Assembly: GCA_003707115.1 (NCBI GenBank) | Contig: PPNB01000015.1 | Coordinates: 1 to 64,000 of the forward strand | Reading direction: 5' to 3' | From: Tortispora ganteri | Lineage: Eukaryota | DNA length: 64,000 bases | Shown here: positions 51,052 through 61,065 of the stretch, piece by piece | Layout: every line of letters begins with the position of its first letter | Position numbering within the stretch: position 1 is the stretch's first letter | Program-made: the position numbers and the translations under genes | Notes under the pieces: model-generated | What the model was told of the DNA's origin: nothing | The model's database searches: none | What the model saw: only the letters and a program-made list of their open reading frames with translations

Positions 51052-51388
51052 AGTTCGAAGTTTCCAATATAACTGGGAATACTGTCAAAGGAGCTAGAAG
51101 TCAGTAGTTTTCGCCTATCTAATAGCTGCGTTGTTCGTGCAAGGGGTATTTTAGAGAAGCAAATTTACTACGCAACCATATACTAATACGCGTCTTCTTC
51201 GAACCGATTAGTCTTGATTTATGTCACACAAGAACCATTCGTTGGTGGTCTAGATGTGAAGAAATATTGACCAATAAGATGCGCTAAAAGGTTGGGAGTT
51301 TTCTTCTTCTTCGCCTTTTTTCCTCGATTTAATCACTTTTACAATTTATCAAGACAAGAATAATTTCTATACTTAAAAGATCGTCAGT

Positions 51389-52717
51389 ATGTCAAGTTTC
51401 ACGAAACTAGGGCTAGATGCTTGGCTAGAAGATACCCTTAAGTCTATGAAAATTACAAGTCCCTCACTGATCCAAAGCAGTTGTATCCCTGAGATTATCA
51501 AGGGCCGCGATTGCATCGCTGGTGCGAAAACTGGATCAGGTAAAACTATTGCCTTTATGGCACCGATATTGCACAACTGGGCTCGAGATCCTTCAGCTAT
51601 TTATGCCCTAGTACTTACACCTACCAGGGAGCTGGCAATGCAAATTGCAGAGCAAGTAGCAGCCCTAGGTGCACCGGTCTCGTGCAAGCAGAGTGTTGTT
51701 ATTGGCGGAATGGATTCAATACCGCAATCGATCAGCCTTGCTAATAAGCCACACATCGTCGTCGCGACACCGGGGCGACTTGCTGATATTATAAAGTCTA
51801 ATGGTCCAGAGGTCACAGATGGCCTTAAACGAATCAAGTATTTAGTATTCGATGAAGCTGACCGATTACTGACGCCTACATTTGCTGAGGATCTAGATAC
51901 TTGCATTAATGCGATCCCCAAATCAGGTGACAGACAAACGCTATTGTTTACAGCAACTATCACCGATGCAGTAAGGAGTCTGAAAGATCAGTTTGCACCG
52001 CAAGGGAGACCGCCAGTGTTTGTGGTTGAGCTTGATTCAGTGCTGGACCAGTCTATAAATAAGATCAATGTGCCTGAAAGATTGTCGCAATATTACATCT
52101 TTTTACCCTCCTACGTAAGGGAGGCTTATTTGCATTGTTTACTTACAAACGAAGATAACTCCGGCAAATCGTGCATTGTATTTGTTAACCATACAAGAAC
52201 TGCCGAAATTCTGGCGCGCATGCTGAGGATTTTAGAGGTGCGCGTGACCGCTCTGCATTCCCAAATGAAACAGAGGGCCAGGATAGATTCATTAGCACGG
52301 TTTCGGGTAGGTGCTGCCCGTGTTCTAGTCGCTACAGATGTTGCAGGCAGAGGTCTGGATATACCTAATGTCAGCTTAGTTGTGAACTACAGCATACCCT
52401 CAGATGCTCATGACTACTTTCACCGAGTGGGCAGAACAGCACGTGCCGGAAACAGGGGAACATCTATATCACTGGTTTCCGAAAGAGATGTAGACAGAAT
52501 CCACAATATTGAAAATCATATGACTGTCAAACTTGAGAAATATTCCGACAAACTCCTGAACGAAGATATGGTAGTGGAAAAATCAATTCAGCCTGTAGCC
52601 GTCGCAAAGCGACAGGCAATCTTGGAACTCGAAAAGGATGACTCATCAAATCCACGCGAAGAGCGCCGAAAGCAGAAGAAGCTTATTGCTATCGGGAAAC
52701 ACAGAAAAAGAATATAG
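51389..52717 (+). CDS. DBP8: DEAD-box RNA helicase Dbp8/DDX49
   Basis: 'AKTGSGKTIAF', 'W.RDP..IYALVLTPTRELA.QI', DEAD, 'FTAT', 'HRVGRTARAG'. Confidence 0.93.
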   Translation: MSSFTKLGLDAWLEDTLKSMKITSPSLIQSSCIPEIIKGRDCIAGAKTGSGKTIAFMAPILHNWARDPSAIYALVLTPTRELAMQIAEQVAALGAPVSCKQSVVIGGMDSIPQSISLANKPHIVVATPGRLADIIKSNGPEVTDGLKRIKYLVFDEADRLLTPTFAEDLDTCINAIPKSGDRQTLLFTATITDAVRSLKDQFAPQGRPPVFVVELDSVLDQSINKINVPERLSQYYIFLPSYVREAYLHCLLTNEDNSGKSCIVFVNHTRTAEILARMLRILEVRVTALHSQMKQRARIDSLARFRVGAARVLVATDVAGRGLDIPNVSLVVNYSIPSDAHDYFHRVGRTARAGNRGTSISLVSERDVDRIHNIENHMTVKLEKYSDKLLNEDMVVEKSIQPVAVAKRQAILELEKDDSSNPREERRKQKKLIAIGKHRKRI

Positions 52718-53112
52718 TTAGTTCACCGGTGACGGATCAATCCGCAACCCCACAAGGTATAACAGTCATCCCAAGGCATTATTGGTCATGCTAACGATAT
52801 TTCCGTTTGACTGAACGCTAGTATAGCTATGCATCGAAGTAGCTGTCGATATAGAGCGGAATTGAAGCGTATTGAACCCGGACTATCACGGTTTTTCTTC
52901 TCTTTTCTTCCGAAAGTTTAGCTGTGTGTTTTTAGAGTTCGTGGGTTTGAACTGTATGTTAAACATTTCCGCTTTCTAAGATTATCACTCATCATTCGCA
53001 GTCACTAATCGAAGCTTCCTGGCGCAATTGTATGCGATATAGACTGTACTTTTCAAAATAATGGTGCCTTTATTTGGCGATTAGCGAAATATTTCTGCGA
53101 TTTCCGAGATTT

Positions 53113-53310
53113 ATGAGTCACCAGAGCCGGCGTGCACAAGTACCAATTAAGACAAAATGTCGTCTGCTAGAGTTTAAGGCCTACCGGTACGTCATCCACT
53201 CACGCATCTTGGATGATGGAATTTAGTTCGCTTAACAAATCAAAGACAAACTCAAAAGGCTAATTATTTTTGCAGTCACTCCCAGTCCGATCTCGGCCAG
53301 TATATATAAA
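53113..53310 (+). promoter_or_regulatory. Promoter of the 67-aa ORF: AP-1/Gcn4 site ATGAGTCA 53113, CRE TACGTCAT 53188, TATATATAAA 53301
   Basis: Motifs seen directly, ordered UAS-UAS-TATA-ATG. Confidence 0.55.
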
Positions 53311-53346
53311 GAGCTTGAAATTGCCACAATCTTTCATCGAACAATA

Positions 53347-53550
53347 ATGGCATCACAACTAGCTACATGCGCGCAAAAATTATTAAATAGAATATCTAAC
53401 GCCATTCTGTGGGTGGCAGCTGGTGACAGCATTGATGAATCTTACACAATACTCAAACCGGGGACTAAAGTGACTGACCTAAGCAACGGTTCCGCACTTA
53501 TGTCAGTGGACTCTTCGTCCACACTTGATTCCAAAGAGTTTTCGTCTTGA
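53347..53550 (+). CDS. Orphan 67-aa microprotein
   Basis: Stand-alone ORF with strong TATA, A-rich start context (acaataATGG) and AT-rich 3' signals. No recognisable family. Confidence 0.55.
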   Translation: MASQLATCAQKLLNRISNAILWVAAGDSIDESYTILKPGTKVTDLSNGSALMSVDSSSTLDSKEFSS

Positions 53551-53824
53551 AAGAAAGTTTGAATTACAATTATAACAAGCACTTTGTGACTTTTAATATA
53601 ATATTAGCTGAATCTGGAAGGTAATATATAAAACATATGACTATTGGTGAAGATGAAAATGGCATTTAGAGTGTGGGCGACTGTCCCATTATGATATAAT
53701 TACCCGGCTTTTGAGTAGTTTCGTAATTTCGTAGAGCCACGCTATCAAACTGCCCTTTTGTAACGATCAATACTTAACAATTTCTACGCGAAAGAGGTCG
53801 TGTTTACCTATTTTAGTGTAATTC

Positions 53825-55483
53825 ATGATGCCAAGTTCTTCCAACTTAGTCTCATTGAATCCACTAGAGGATTCTGTGCCTCATAATCTGTCGAAGAAGA
53901 AGGCCCCGTTCCCTCAGCTTCGTCACAGACTCAATAAGATCGGCAAGTCTTTCCTTGGCCATTTCGGTGTTACTCCAGAAGAGAATACATGCCGAAAGGC
54001 TGATACTACCGCGGAATCTGATGACCGTTTAGTTACTTCTTACAGCACAAACTATTGGCATAACCACTTACAATCAAATAGAGGCATCTTACTGTCTTTA
54101 GGTTTCGCTGAACTAAATCTTGGACCTGCTTCTGCTACCACCACTACTATTACTACTACAGAACGCGGAGACTCCGAATCTGGTATATCGTTCTTTGAAG
54201 AACTCACTCATTCATCTAATTATCAATCAGTTAAATTGCGCTCAGGTTCTGTATCTCGAAGCCTACAATCAGTTCACATTGGCACTCCTCTCATTCTTCC
54301 ACGTGAGATCCTTAGCCTTATATTCTCCTTTTTGTCGCCCTCTAGCTTAGTTCAATGCATGTATGTATGCAAAGAATGGCGCGCGGTGGCTATGAACGAA
54401 TTGTTATGGAAAAGCATTTATATGTCACAACTAGGGCGACAAGTTCCTCCGCTACTGACAACTGCACATTCAGGACGAGCTCTTTCTCAAGTGTGGCAGA
54501 AACCAAAGTGGAGACACTTGGTTCTTGCCAAACGACTAATAGGTAAACGATGGGAGTCTGGCAACTGCGAGCGACATCCCCTGCAGGGCCACTCAGACTC
54601 AGTTTATTGCCTCCAGTTCAATAACAGTATTATTGTGACAGGGTCTAGAGACAAAAGGATTATCGTATGGTGCGCTAAGACCGGAAGTCCAATCAAAGTA
54701 CTTGACTCTCGATCTAGCGCTTTGGCTCATACTGGCTCAGTACTCTGCCTGACTTTGGACTGCACTATTATGGCATCTGGTTCGTCCGACGGCTCATGCA
54801 TCGTTTGGGATGCCAAAACGTTCACTGCATTGAGGAAGCTACAGCATCATACCTCTAGGGTTTTAGGTATTGATATGTCTGAAAAGTATATAGCTACTTG
54901 CTCTAAAGACAGCTCTATTGTTGTGTGTGATCGTGAAGCGGTGATGCGTGGCTCAGACGATTACATAACGCATCGTCTGGCCGGGCATGCAGGGTCTACT
55001 AACGCCATACATATGTGTGGTGATTTACTAGCATCAGCTGGAGGAGATGGTGCGATATGCATATGGAATATGGCTACTGGAAACCAAGAAAAGAGACTTA
55101 TGGCTCATGCCCGCGGTGTTGGGTGTGTGATGTTCACTGAAGACGGCAGATCAGTTGTATCTGGAGGAAACGATAACCTAGTGAAAGTATGGAACCTTGT
55201 TTCCGGCGCATGTACGAGGGTTCTTCGTGACCATACTGCATTGGTACGTACCCTGCACGTTTATGGTCGCCGACTTGTGACTGGTTCTTACGATAAATCT
55301 GTGAAAGTATGGGATCTTGATACAGGCAAGCTCCTGTTGAATCTCACCGGATGGCATGGCTCATACGTGACTTCTGTCAAAATGAACTCGCATAGACTAA
55401 TATCTGCGTCATTGGATGACCAGCCTATGGTTTTTGATTTTGGGTTTCAATTTTCTGAACAGTTGCTTCATTATCTAGACTGA
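53825..55483 (+). CDS. F-box/WD40 protein, beta-TrCP/FWD-1/Pof11-like
   Basis: F-box 'LPREILSLIFSFL...CMYVCKEW', WD40 repeats 'GHSDSVYCLQF...VTGSRDK', 'HTGSVLCL...SGSSD', 'HTALVRTL...TGSYD'. Confidence 0.85.
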   Translation: MMPSSSNLVSLNPLEDSVPHNLSKKKAPFPQLRHRLNKIGKSFLGHFGVTPEENTCRKADTTAESDDRLVTSYSTNYWHNHLQSNRGILLSLGFAELNLGPASATTTTITTTERGDSESGISFFEELTHSSNYQSVKLRSGSVSRSLQSVHIGTPLILPREILSLIFSFLSPSSLVQCMYVCKEWRAVAMNELLWKSIYMSQLGRQVPPLLTTAHSGRALSQVWQKPKWRHLVLAKRLIGKRWESGNCERHPLQGHSDSVYCLQFNNSIIVTGSRDKRIIVWCAKTGSPIKVLDSRSSALAHTGSVLCLTLDCTIMASGSSDGSCIVWDAKTFTALRKLQHHTSRVLGIDMSEKYIATCSKDSSIVVCDREAVMRGSDDYITHRLAGHAGSTNAIHMCGDLLASAGGDGAICIWNMATGNQEKRLMAHARGVGCVMFTEDGRSVVSGGNDNLVKVWNLVSGACTRVLRDHTALVRTLHVYGRRLVTGSYDKSVKVWDLDTGKLLLNLTGWHGSYVTSVKMNSHRLISASLDDQPMVFDFGFQFSEQLLHYLD

Positions 55484-55693
55484 AACAGCACGAACAATTA
55501 GTAATTATGGGTGAAGGATAGTATTCATATTAAGAATAGGTATAGCATTAAAACTTATAGTAAATATACATACAAATTACCTTATATATAAGGTAATAGT
55601 CAAATGAGTGCGTACAAGTCAGCAGACTTGGGAAGCAGGAGAATCAAACTCTTGAAATCGGTGTGCGCAGAATAAGTAAAGTAAAAATGCAGT

Positions 55694-56737
55694 TTACACA
55701 GATCCAAGGCTTACCAGCGCTTCTACAGCGTCATCCTCCTCTTCCCGATGGCGAGGATAAATAACTCCAGCGGCAGAGGCGATAGGGCCAGAATGAGGAG
55801 AAGCACTTGAATAAGAAGAAGCCAAGTTGGTGGCAGGAGAGTGATTAGACCTCAAAGAAGCGGGTCCCATGGCTTTCCAGTCCTCCTGATCCGTAGAATC
55901 TGAATCGCTATCATCAAACACTTGTTCATAATTAGAGGTTCGTTGAGCGCGCACGTTAGCAGCATCGCCATCATACCTGGATGGGTTATTAAGGTCTATG
56001 TTGTCTATCTCCTCATCGGATAAGTCAAACAGCTGTATATCGGGAGACGCATCTGAGGAGCCGGTATGCTCCATGACTTTGTTGGCCTGTCGAATCTTGT
56101 TCTCGACGGAGATTCGTTCTGTGAGGCGAGACGACCGTCTTCTGCTAGCGGATGAGTAATAACCCTTGTTCATTTTGTGTATTCCAGCTTCAGGTCCCAT
56201 AGGAGGGGACAGCGGAAGCGATCTTGCAGCTGATGCACCAGGACCATCTGCATGAGCTGATTTCTGAGACAAAAAAGACGTCCTACGGTTTCTTGCACGT
56301 GATAGCAGGTGAGAGCTCTGATAAGAAGACGCGCCTGATCGACCTCCACTTGATAAGCCACCAGGCGGAGAAACAGAAGATGGCATGACTGGAATATCAA
56401 CAGCAGTACCAGAACTAGCTGTACTCTCAGTATTTTCGGACTTTACCGAAGGCTTTCCATCAATTGGCACAAAAGTCGCGTCTCCATTTGGAGCTGCGCC
56501 TCCAGCCGGTTTGGAGTGGGTCTGCTTATAGACTCGCAAGGCCTTTATCACAAGTTCACGCTTTTTCTCAAGAACTAGATTGGAAAATCCAGGCACAGTA
56601 TTAGACAAATGAGTGTATATTTGCTGCAAAGCATTAGGAAGGGCCGGTGGAGAAGCGGATGAGGTAGGAGGCTTGAAGTCGTTACGTTCCTCTTTTGAGG
56701 ATGCGGGATCGTTCAAAGCTTGAGATAATGCAGACAT
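55694..56737 (-). CDS. STB3: Sin3-binding, RRPE-binding protein Stb3
   Basis: 'IYTHLSNTVPGFSNL..EKKRELVIKAL', 'STDQEDWKAMG...LR', C-terminal 'AVEALVSL'. Confidence 0.75.
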   Translation of the reverse strand: MSALSQALNDPASSKEERNDFKPPTSSASPPALPNALQQIYTHLSNTVPGFSNLVLEKKRELVIKALRVYKQTHSKPAGGAAPNGDATFVPIDGKPSVKSENTESTASSGTAVDIPVMPSSVSPPGGLSSGGRSGASSYQSSHLLSRARNRRTSFLSQKSAHADGPGASAARSLPLSPPMGPEAGIHKMNKGYYSSASRRRSSRLTERISVENKIRQANKVMEHTGSSDASPDIQLFDLSDEEIDNIDLNNPSRYDGDAANVRAQRTSNYEQVFDDSDSDSTDQEDWKAMGPASLRSNHSPATNLASSYSSASPHSGPIASAAGVIYPRHREEEDDAVEALVSLGSV

Positions 56738-57196
56738 AATGACAAAATAAAAAGTGCAACGGGGTGCACTTCCCTTTGGTTCTTAATACGCTGTAGACAA
56801 TAGTCTACAACGGTTTAGCTCAAGGGAAAAGACAACAGATAGGCGTGCCAGCAAGGGAGCAAGCGATAGCGGTTTAAGTCAGCCGCATTAAAATCCGGGT
56901 AAATTTCGTTTCTCGATCTTGCTCTACTGATAACGGGTCAAAATGCAGCTCCATGATTGGACTATTATGATAAAGTTTCTCCGCGGTAGGAAGATTGAGA
57001 CAATCTCTTCGCATCATTGACCATTCATGAAGATTAGATGGTACCCCGCAATATAAACAAAATTTGCCCTTTTGAGACTTCTTAATAAACAAATGTTCTA
57101 TAAAGAAAACAAAATCACTGGACTATAAAAGGCCGCTATGATCGCTGAATGAATGCGAAGGTTAGACAGTGAAATTCGAGTCACTTCGAATTACTT

Positions 57197-57964
57197 ATGG
57201 CTTGTTTTCGAATTCGACATGTTTCTGCAATTTGTCTATTAGCGGCACTACTCTCTACATGTCTTGTTACAGTAGGGTGTTTGTCTTCTAGCACTGCGTC
57301 GCTTTACTTGTTCTCGCTAGAGTATTGTGATGAAGGAACAGCAGAGGTGTATCCCGATCAGAAGGTGACAAATAGTGAAGCAGGTTCGCAATTTGTATCG
57401 GCATTTTCTGGATCTGGTCTGATAGTTAGAGCAGGATATTTTGGAACCTGCTTTACGAGCCAGTCAAGTTTGTGGAGTTGCAGCACTGATCTTGAGTCTT
57501 TACAGGAAGCAGCCAAGAATTCTGAGGGTGATCCTGCGAACATTTTAAATGCAGTCGATTTGGCTAGAAACAGTATGCTATTAGGCCCAGCACTGATTGC
57601 AGCTGCATGTTTGTGCTTTGCAGCGATGATTTTGCTTATTCCGCGAATGCCATCTGCAGTTTGGAGAGGAGTCGCGACAAGTTTTGCATTGATCGCTACA
57701 ATGCTGGTCATCATCGTGGCTATTGCGCAAAACGCTGTTTCTTATACGGTAGTCAATACTGCGCGAGGAATTAGCAATGGGGGAATATGTGCATACACTG
57801 GTTCTGCAGCTATGGGACTAGCATGGTTCGCGATCGGAGCTACCGCTTTAGCTACAGTGGGTATATATATCATTCATATTGCTATAAATGCTTTGTCTAA
57901 TGAAGCATCTTCTGATGATACTTCTTTCTCTCACTCTAAGCATTACAGCCGAGAGAGTCATTAA
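57197..57964 (+). CDS. FIG1: Fig1-type four-TM claudin-like membrane protein (mating Ca2+ influx)
   Basis: Hydrophobic N-terminus, 'GC', 'VRAGYFGTC......W.C' loop motif, three further TM segments. Confidence 0.75.
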   Translation: MACFRIRHVSAICLLAALLSTCLVTVGCLSSSTASLYLFSLEYCDEGTAEVYPDQKVTNSEAGSQFVSAFSGSGLIVRAGYFGTCFTSQSSLWSCSTDLESLQEAAKNSEGDPANILNAVDLARNSMLLGPALIAAACLCFAAMILLIPRMPSAVWRGVATSFALIATMLVIIVAIAQNAVSYTVVNTARGISNGGICAYTGSAAMGLAWFAIGATALATVGIYIIHIAINALSNEASSDDTSFSHSKHYSRESH

Positions 57965-58647
57965 TTACATGCAACAGCAGTAACTGTTTGACATGTAACA
58001 TCTTCTGCCGTTGCCCAGCATTACTTGGAACCTTATTAAATTAATTATGAGTTTTGAACTTTCCCAATAGGGGTGGTCACCTAAACAGAGTAGTTTTAAG
58101 GCAAGGTTTAAATTCACGTACACAACAACACTTACCCTTAAGTAAAAACTCGACATAAATTGCCATTAAGCCTCTTCTGCTCGTATCGGAACTGAAGCAG
58201 CGGCATTTGTTTGGTCTTAACTCTTTAATATATCTGCTTTATTTGCCTGTTTGAACCTATTTGAATCCAAAGTTTGCAATACCGAATTTGCCATACTGAC
58301 GAACGCTTAAGCGATCATTTTCCATATTTCTAAAAGGCTTTCCCTTTCATTGCGACGTATTTCTATCGAGTTTGATACATCTATCCTGTTTTTATCTTGA
58401 CTCAATTTTGTATCATTTCTGTCCTTACCGGTGTTTGGTTTTTTCCCAGCTGATTCACATACACCTTCTCTTTTCGAGTACTTTCAGCTTTAGCTGCATT
58501 CTTACATTATTATATCAAACGCTTCGTGTACCTAGTACCAAATCTAACATCTCCGCAGAAAGACGCGAAATAATTCATATAGCGTCTTGTTTAAGGCTTT
58601 TCATTTGCTTGGTTCAGTTCGCCCCTGGCGCTGCATAGCTTTCAGAA

Positions 58648-60888
58648 ATGTCATCGGCTAAAGGTTCAGCTGTTCATTACGATACAGAAGATGCTGATAC
58701 CTACCCGGAACCCAGAAAGCGTACTCATTCAGACCTAAAAAACTTACAGGATCCTTTAGAGGAAATAAATCGGAAAATAAGTTCTTTGCCGTTACCTCGA
58801 CAGACTATTCAAGTTGCAATCGATCATGCTAACAGCGATTCCTACCAAGGCGATATACGTGCTTATGGTAAGATCGCCGGCCCGAATTGGACCTATTATA
58901 TAAAAGAGGTTGAACTTCTCATTGGTAGGAATTACACTGGACCAGACAATACACCAGAAGATCATGTCCAAATTGATTTGGGCCCTTCTAAAGTAGTATC
59001 TAGGAAACATGCTGCTATCATATATGATTACCAGTCAAAGAATTGGTTTTTGCATGTATTGGGACGAAATGGTCTCAAAATTGATGGCATACTTTACAAA
59101 TCTGGTGCCGTGTTATTAAGAAGCGGGAGCCATATTGAAATCTCCGATATTCATATGATTTTTGCTTTGCCTTCCACACTAGTATCTTCCGACGGATCAA
59201 TGGCTGTCAACTCTTCGCCTACCAAGTACTATTCTCCATCAAAGCCACTGCCAACAGGAAACTTTATAAATTTATCTAACTCTCCTACTTTTTACGGGAA
59301 TGGATCTTCCAATGACCGTACGCCTTCTGAACAATCTAACCTCACTTATCCAAAAGGAGTTGCTATAATATCGAAAGCTCAAGTTAAAGGAATGAATTCA
59401 ATGCAACAGATAAACGAAATTGACTTTAGCAGAGATGACGCAAAAGATATCAAACCTCCATACTCATATGCCACTATGATTACGCAGGCAATTCTTTCCA
59501 GTCCTGAGGGATCTCTAACATTACAGGGTATATATGATTGGATATCTTCAAACTATTCATTTTACCGATTCTCTAGAACTGGATGGCAAAACTCTGTTCG
59601 ACATAACCTCTCACTGTCTAAGGCATTTGCGAAAGTACCACGTCGCTCGGATGAGCCAGGAAAAGGTATGAAATGGACCATTCTTCCGGACCACAAAGAA
59701 GAATTTCTTCGCCGTATGCGTGAAGGAGATCTGACTAAGAGGCGATCTGCATATTCTGTAGGTACTTCTAAGACTTTTAATGGAACCGACCGTGATTTAA
59801 CGGGTTCTGCTCCTGCCTGGAATGTATATACTCCTGGTCCCCAAATGGTGGTGCAAAATAATAACACGTCAATACCCTTTAACAATGGTGGTACTATGGT
59901 TTCTTTTCAACAGAATTACTCTCCAATAGATTCATTAACTGCGGCGGCATCCGCTGCTGCCGCAGTTGACGCACCGCAAGGCTCTGCTAAGGAACCACCT
60001 TCGACCAGAGCCGAAGAGCAAGAACTCCTCACACCTACTAAACCAGCTTCAACTGGTCAGCATAACTACTCAAAGTATCAGAGCAAGAGTTATCCTTCAT
60101 CACCTACGAGATATTGTTCGGCAGCTAGCAATGTGAGAGCGACTACACCTAACGGGTCGATTTCAGCCCAGCATGTCAAGCTTGAACAGAGTATTTCACA
60201 GGAAGGGTATCAAAAAGAGACTAATTACTCGTCACAAAATATTCAAGAACTTGTTGGTGCCTCGGATACTAATACCGAAGAACCCCGAAGTGGTGATTTT
60301 GGTGGTTCTAATGCCAGCTTAACGATGCCGCCCACGTTAGGAGTTACAGAAACGCCAATGAACTTCTCTCGGGGTGTATTTCAATTAGCTCCACCGTCTG
60401 CAGGTCAGCAACAGCAATTGCCGAGCTCTTATATGCAGAATTCGTCTCCTTCATCGTCCAACACGGTTTCTCGATTTTTCCCGCTCAACAACACCCCATA
60501 TCGCGGTTTCGGGTTCACTGGCGCTGGAACACCTGCGCGTGACGGAAGCACGTCTGGTATGTTTACATTTAGTAACGGTACAGGCAATGCATCTCTGGGC
60601 TCTGTGAGCGCTCTGCAGCCTAATGCAGAAATAAGCGGGCCTGGAGGGTTTTACGACTTTAGCCCAGCTAAGTTTTCGTCACCAATGGCTATAAGCAGCG
60701 AGAGAGATTCGAAGACCAAAAGACTGCGCAGCGACGCACGTGCTCAAACTAAGAGTGTTTCGCCAGATAGCCCACTCAAGCAAGAGAACGTTGAGCCAAA
60801 CCTGGATAAACGCTCTGCTAAAACTGGCTCTTCTAATGAAGCAGATTTGCTGGATGCAGACAATGTTCCGTCTTCGCCTATCAAATAA
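58648..60888 (+). CDS. FKH2: FHA + forkhead transcription factor Fkh1/Fkh2
   Basis: FHA 'AYGKIAGPNWTYY...IGR...IDLGPSKVVSRKHA', forkhead 'KPPYSYATMITQAI...GWQNSVRHNLSL'. Paralog name uncertain. Confidence 0.9.
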   Translation: MSSAKGSAVHYDTEDADTYPEPRKRTHSDLKNLQDPLEEINRKISSLPLPRQTIQVAIDHANSDSYQGDIRAYGKIAGPNWTYYIKEVELLIGRNYTGPDNTPEDHVQIDLGPSKVVSRKHAAIIYDYQSKNWFLHVLGRNGLKIDGILYKSGAVLLRSGSHIEISDIHMIFALPSTLVSSDGSMAVNSSPTKYYSPSKPLPTGNFINLSNSPTFYGNGSSNDRTPSEQSNLTYPKGVAIISKAQVKGMNSMQQINEIDFSRDDAKDIKPPYSYATMITQAILSSPEGSLTLQGIYDWISSNYSFYRFSRTGWQNSVRHNLSLSKAFAKVPRRSDEPGKGMKWTILPDHKEEFLRRMREGDLTKRRSAYSVGTSKTFNGTDRDLTGSAPAWNVYTPGPQMVVQNNNTSIPFNNGGTMVSFQQNYSPIDSLTAAASAAAAVDAPQGSAKEPPSTRAEEQELLTPTKPASTGQHNYSKYQSKSYPSSPTRYCSAASNVRATTPNGSISAQHVKLEQSISQEGYQKETNYSSQNIQELVGASDTNTEEPRSGDFGGSNASLTMPPTLGVTETPMNFSRGVFQLAPPSAGQQQQLPSSYMQNSSPSSSNTVSRFFPLNNTPYRGFGFTGAGTPARDGSTSGMFTFSNGTGNASLGSVSALQPNAEISGPGGFYDFSPAKFSSPMAISSERDSKTKRLRSDARAQTKSVSPDSPLKQENVEPNLDKRSAKTGSSNEADLLDADNVPSSPIK

Positions 60889-61065
60889 TTGTTTTGGGTA
60901 GCCGAAAAAGTCAAATATCTCGGCTTTAAGGATTCAATGAATACAATGACTATCAGCTTTCTTGCGTATACGAGTAAAAAAATGTAACTTAACCGTTTTA
61001 TATATCATCAGCTCTTGACACATTGAGCCGCACGTTAACTATCGACAAACACCAGAGAACATGAT

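Noticed and set aside
52993..53002. CATTCGCAGT, matching U14 snoRNA domain A
   Set aside because: No flanking box C/D and no proper domain B.
58372..58638. 88-aa ORF upstream of FKH; similarly 5082-5710, 31000-31260 and 45385-45597
   Set aside because: Low-complexity intergenic ORFs, several with non-ATG starts, and no homology cues.
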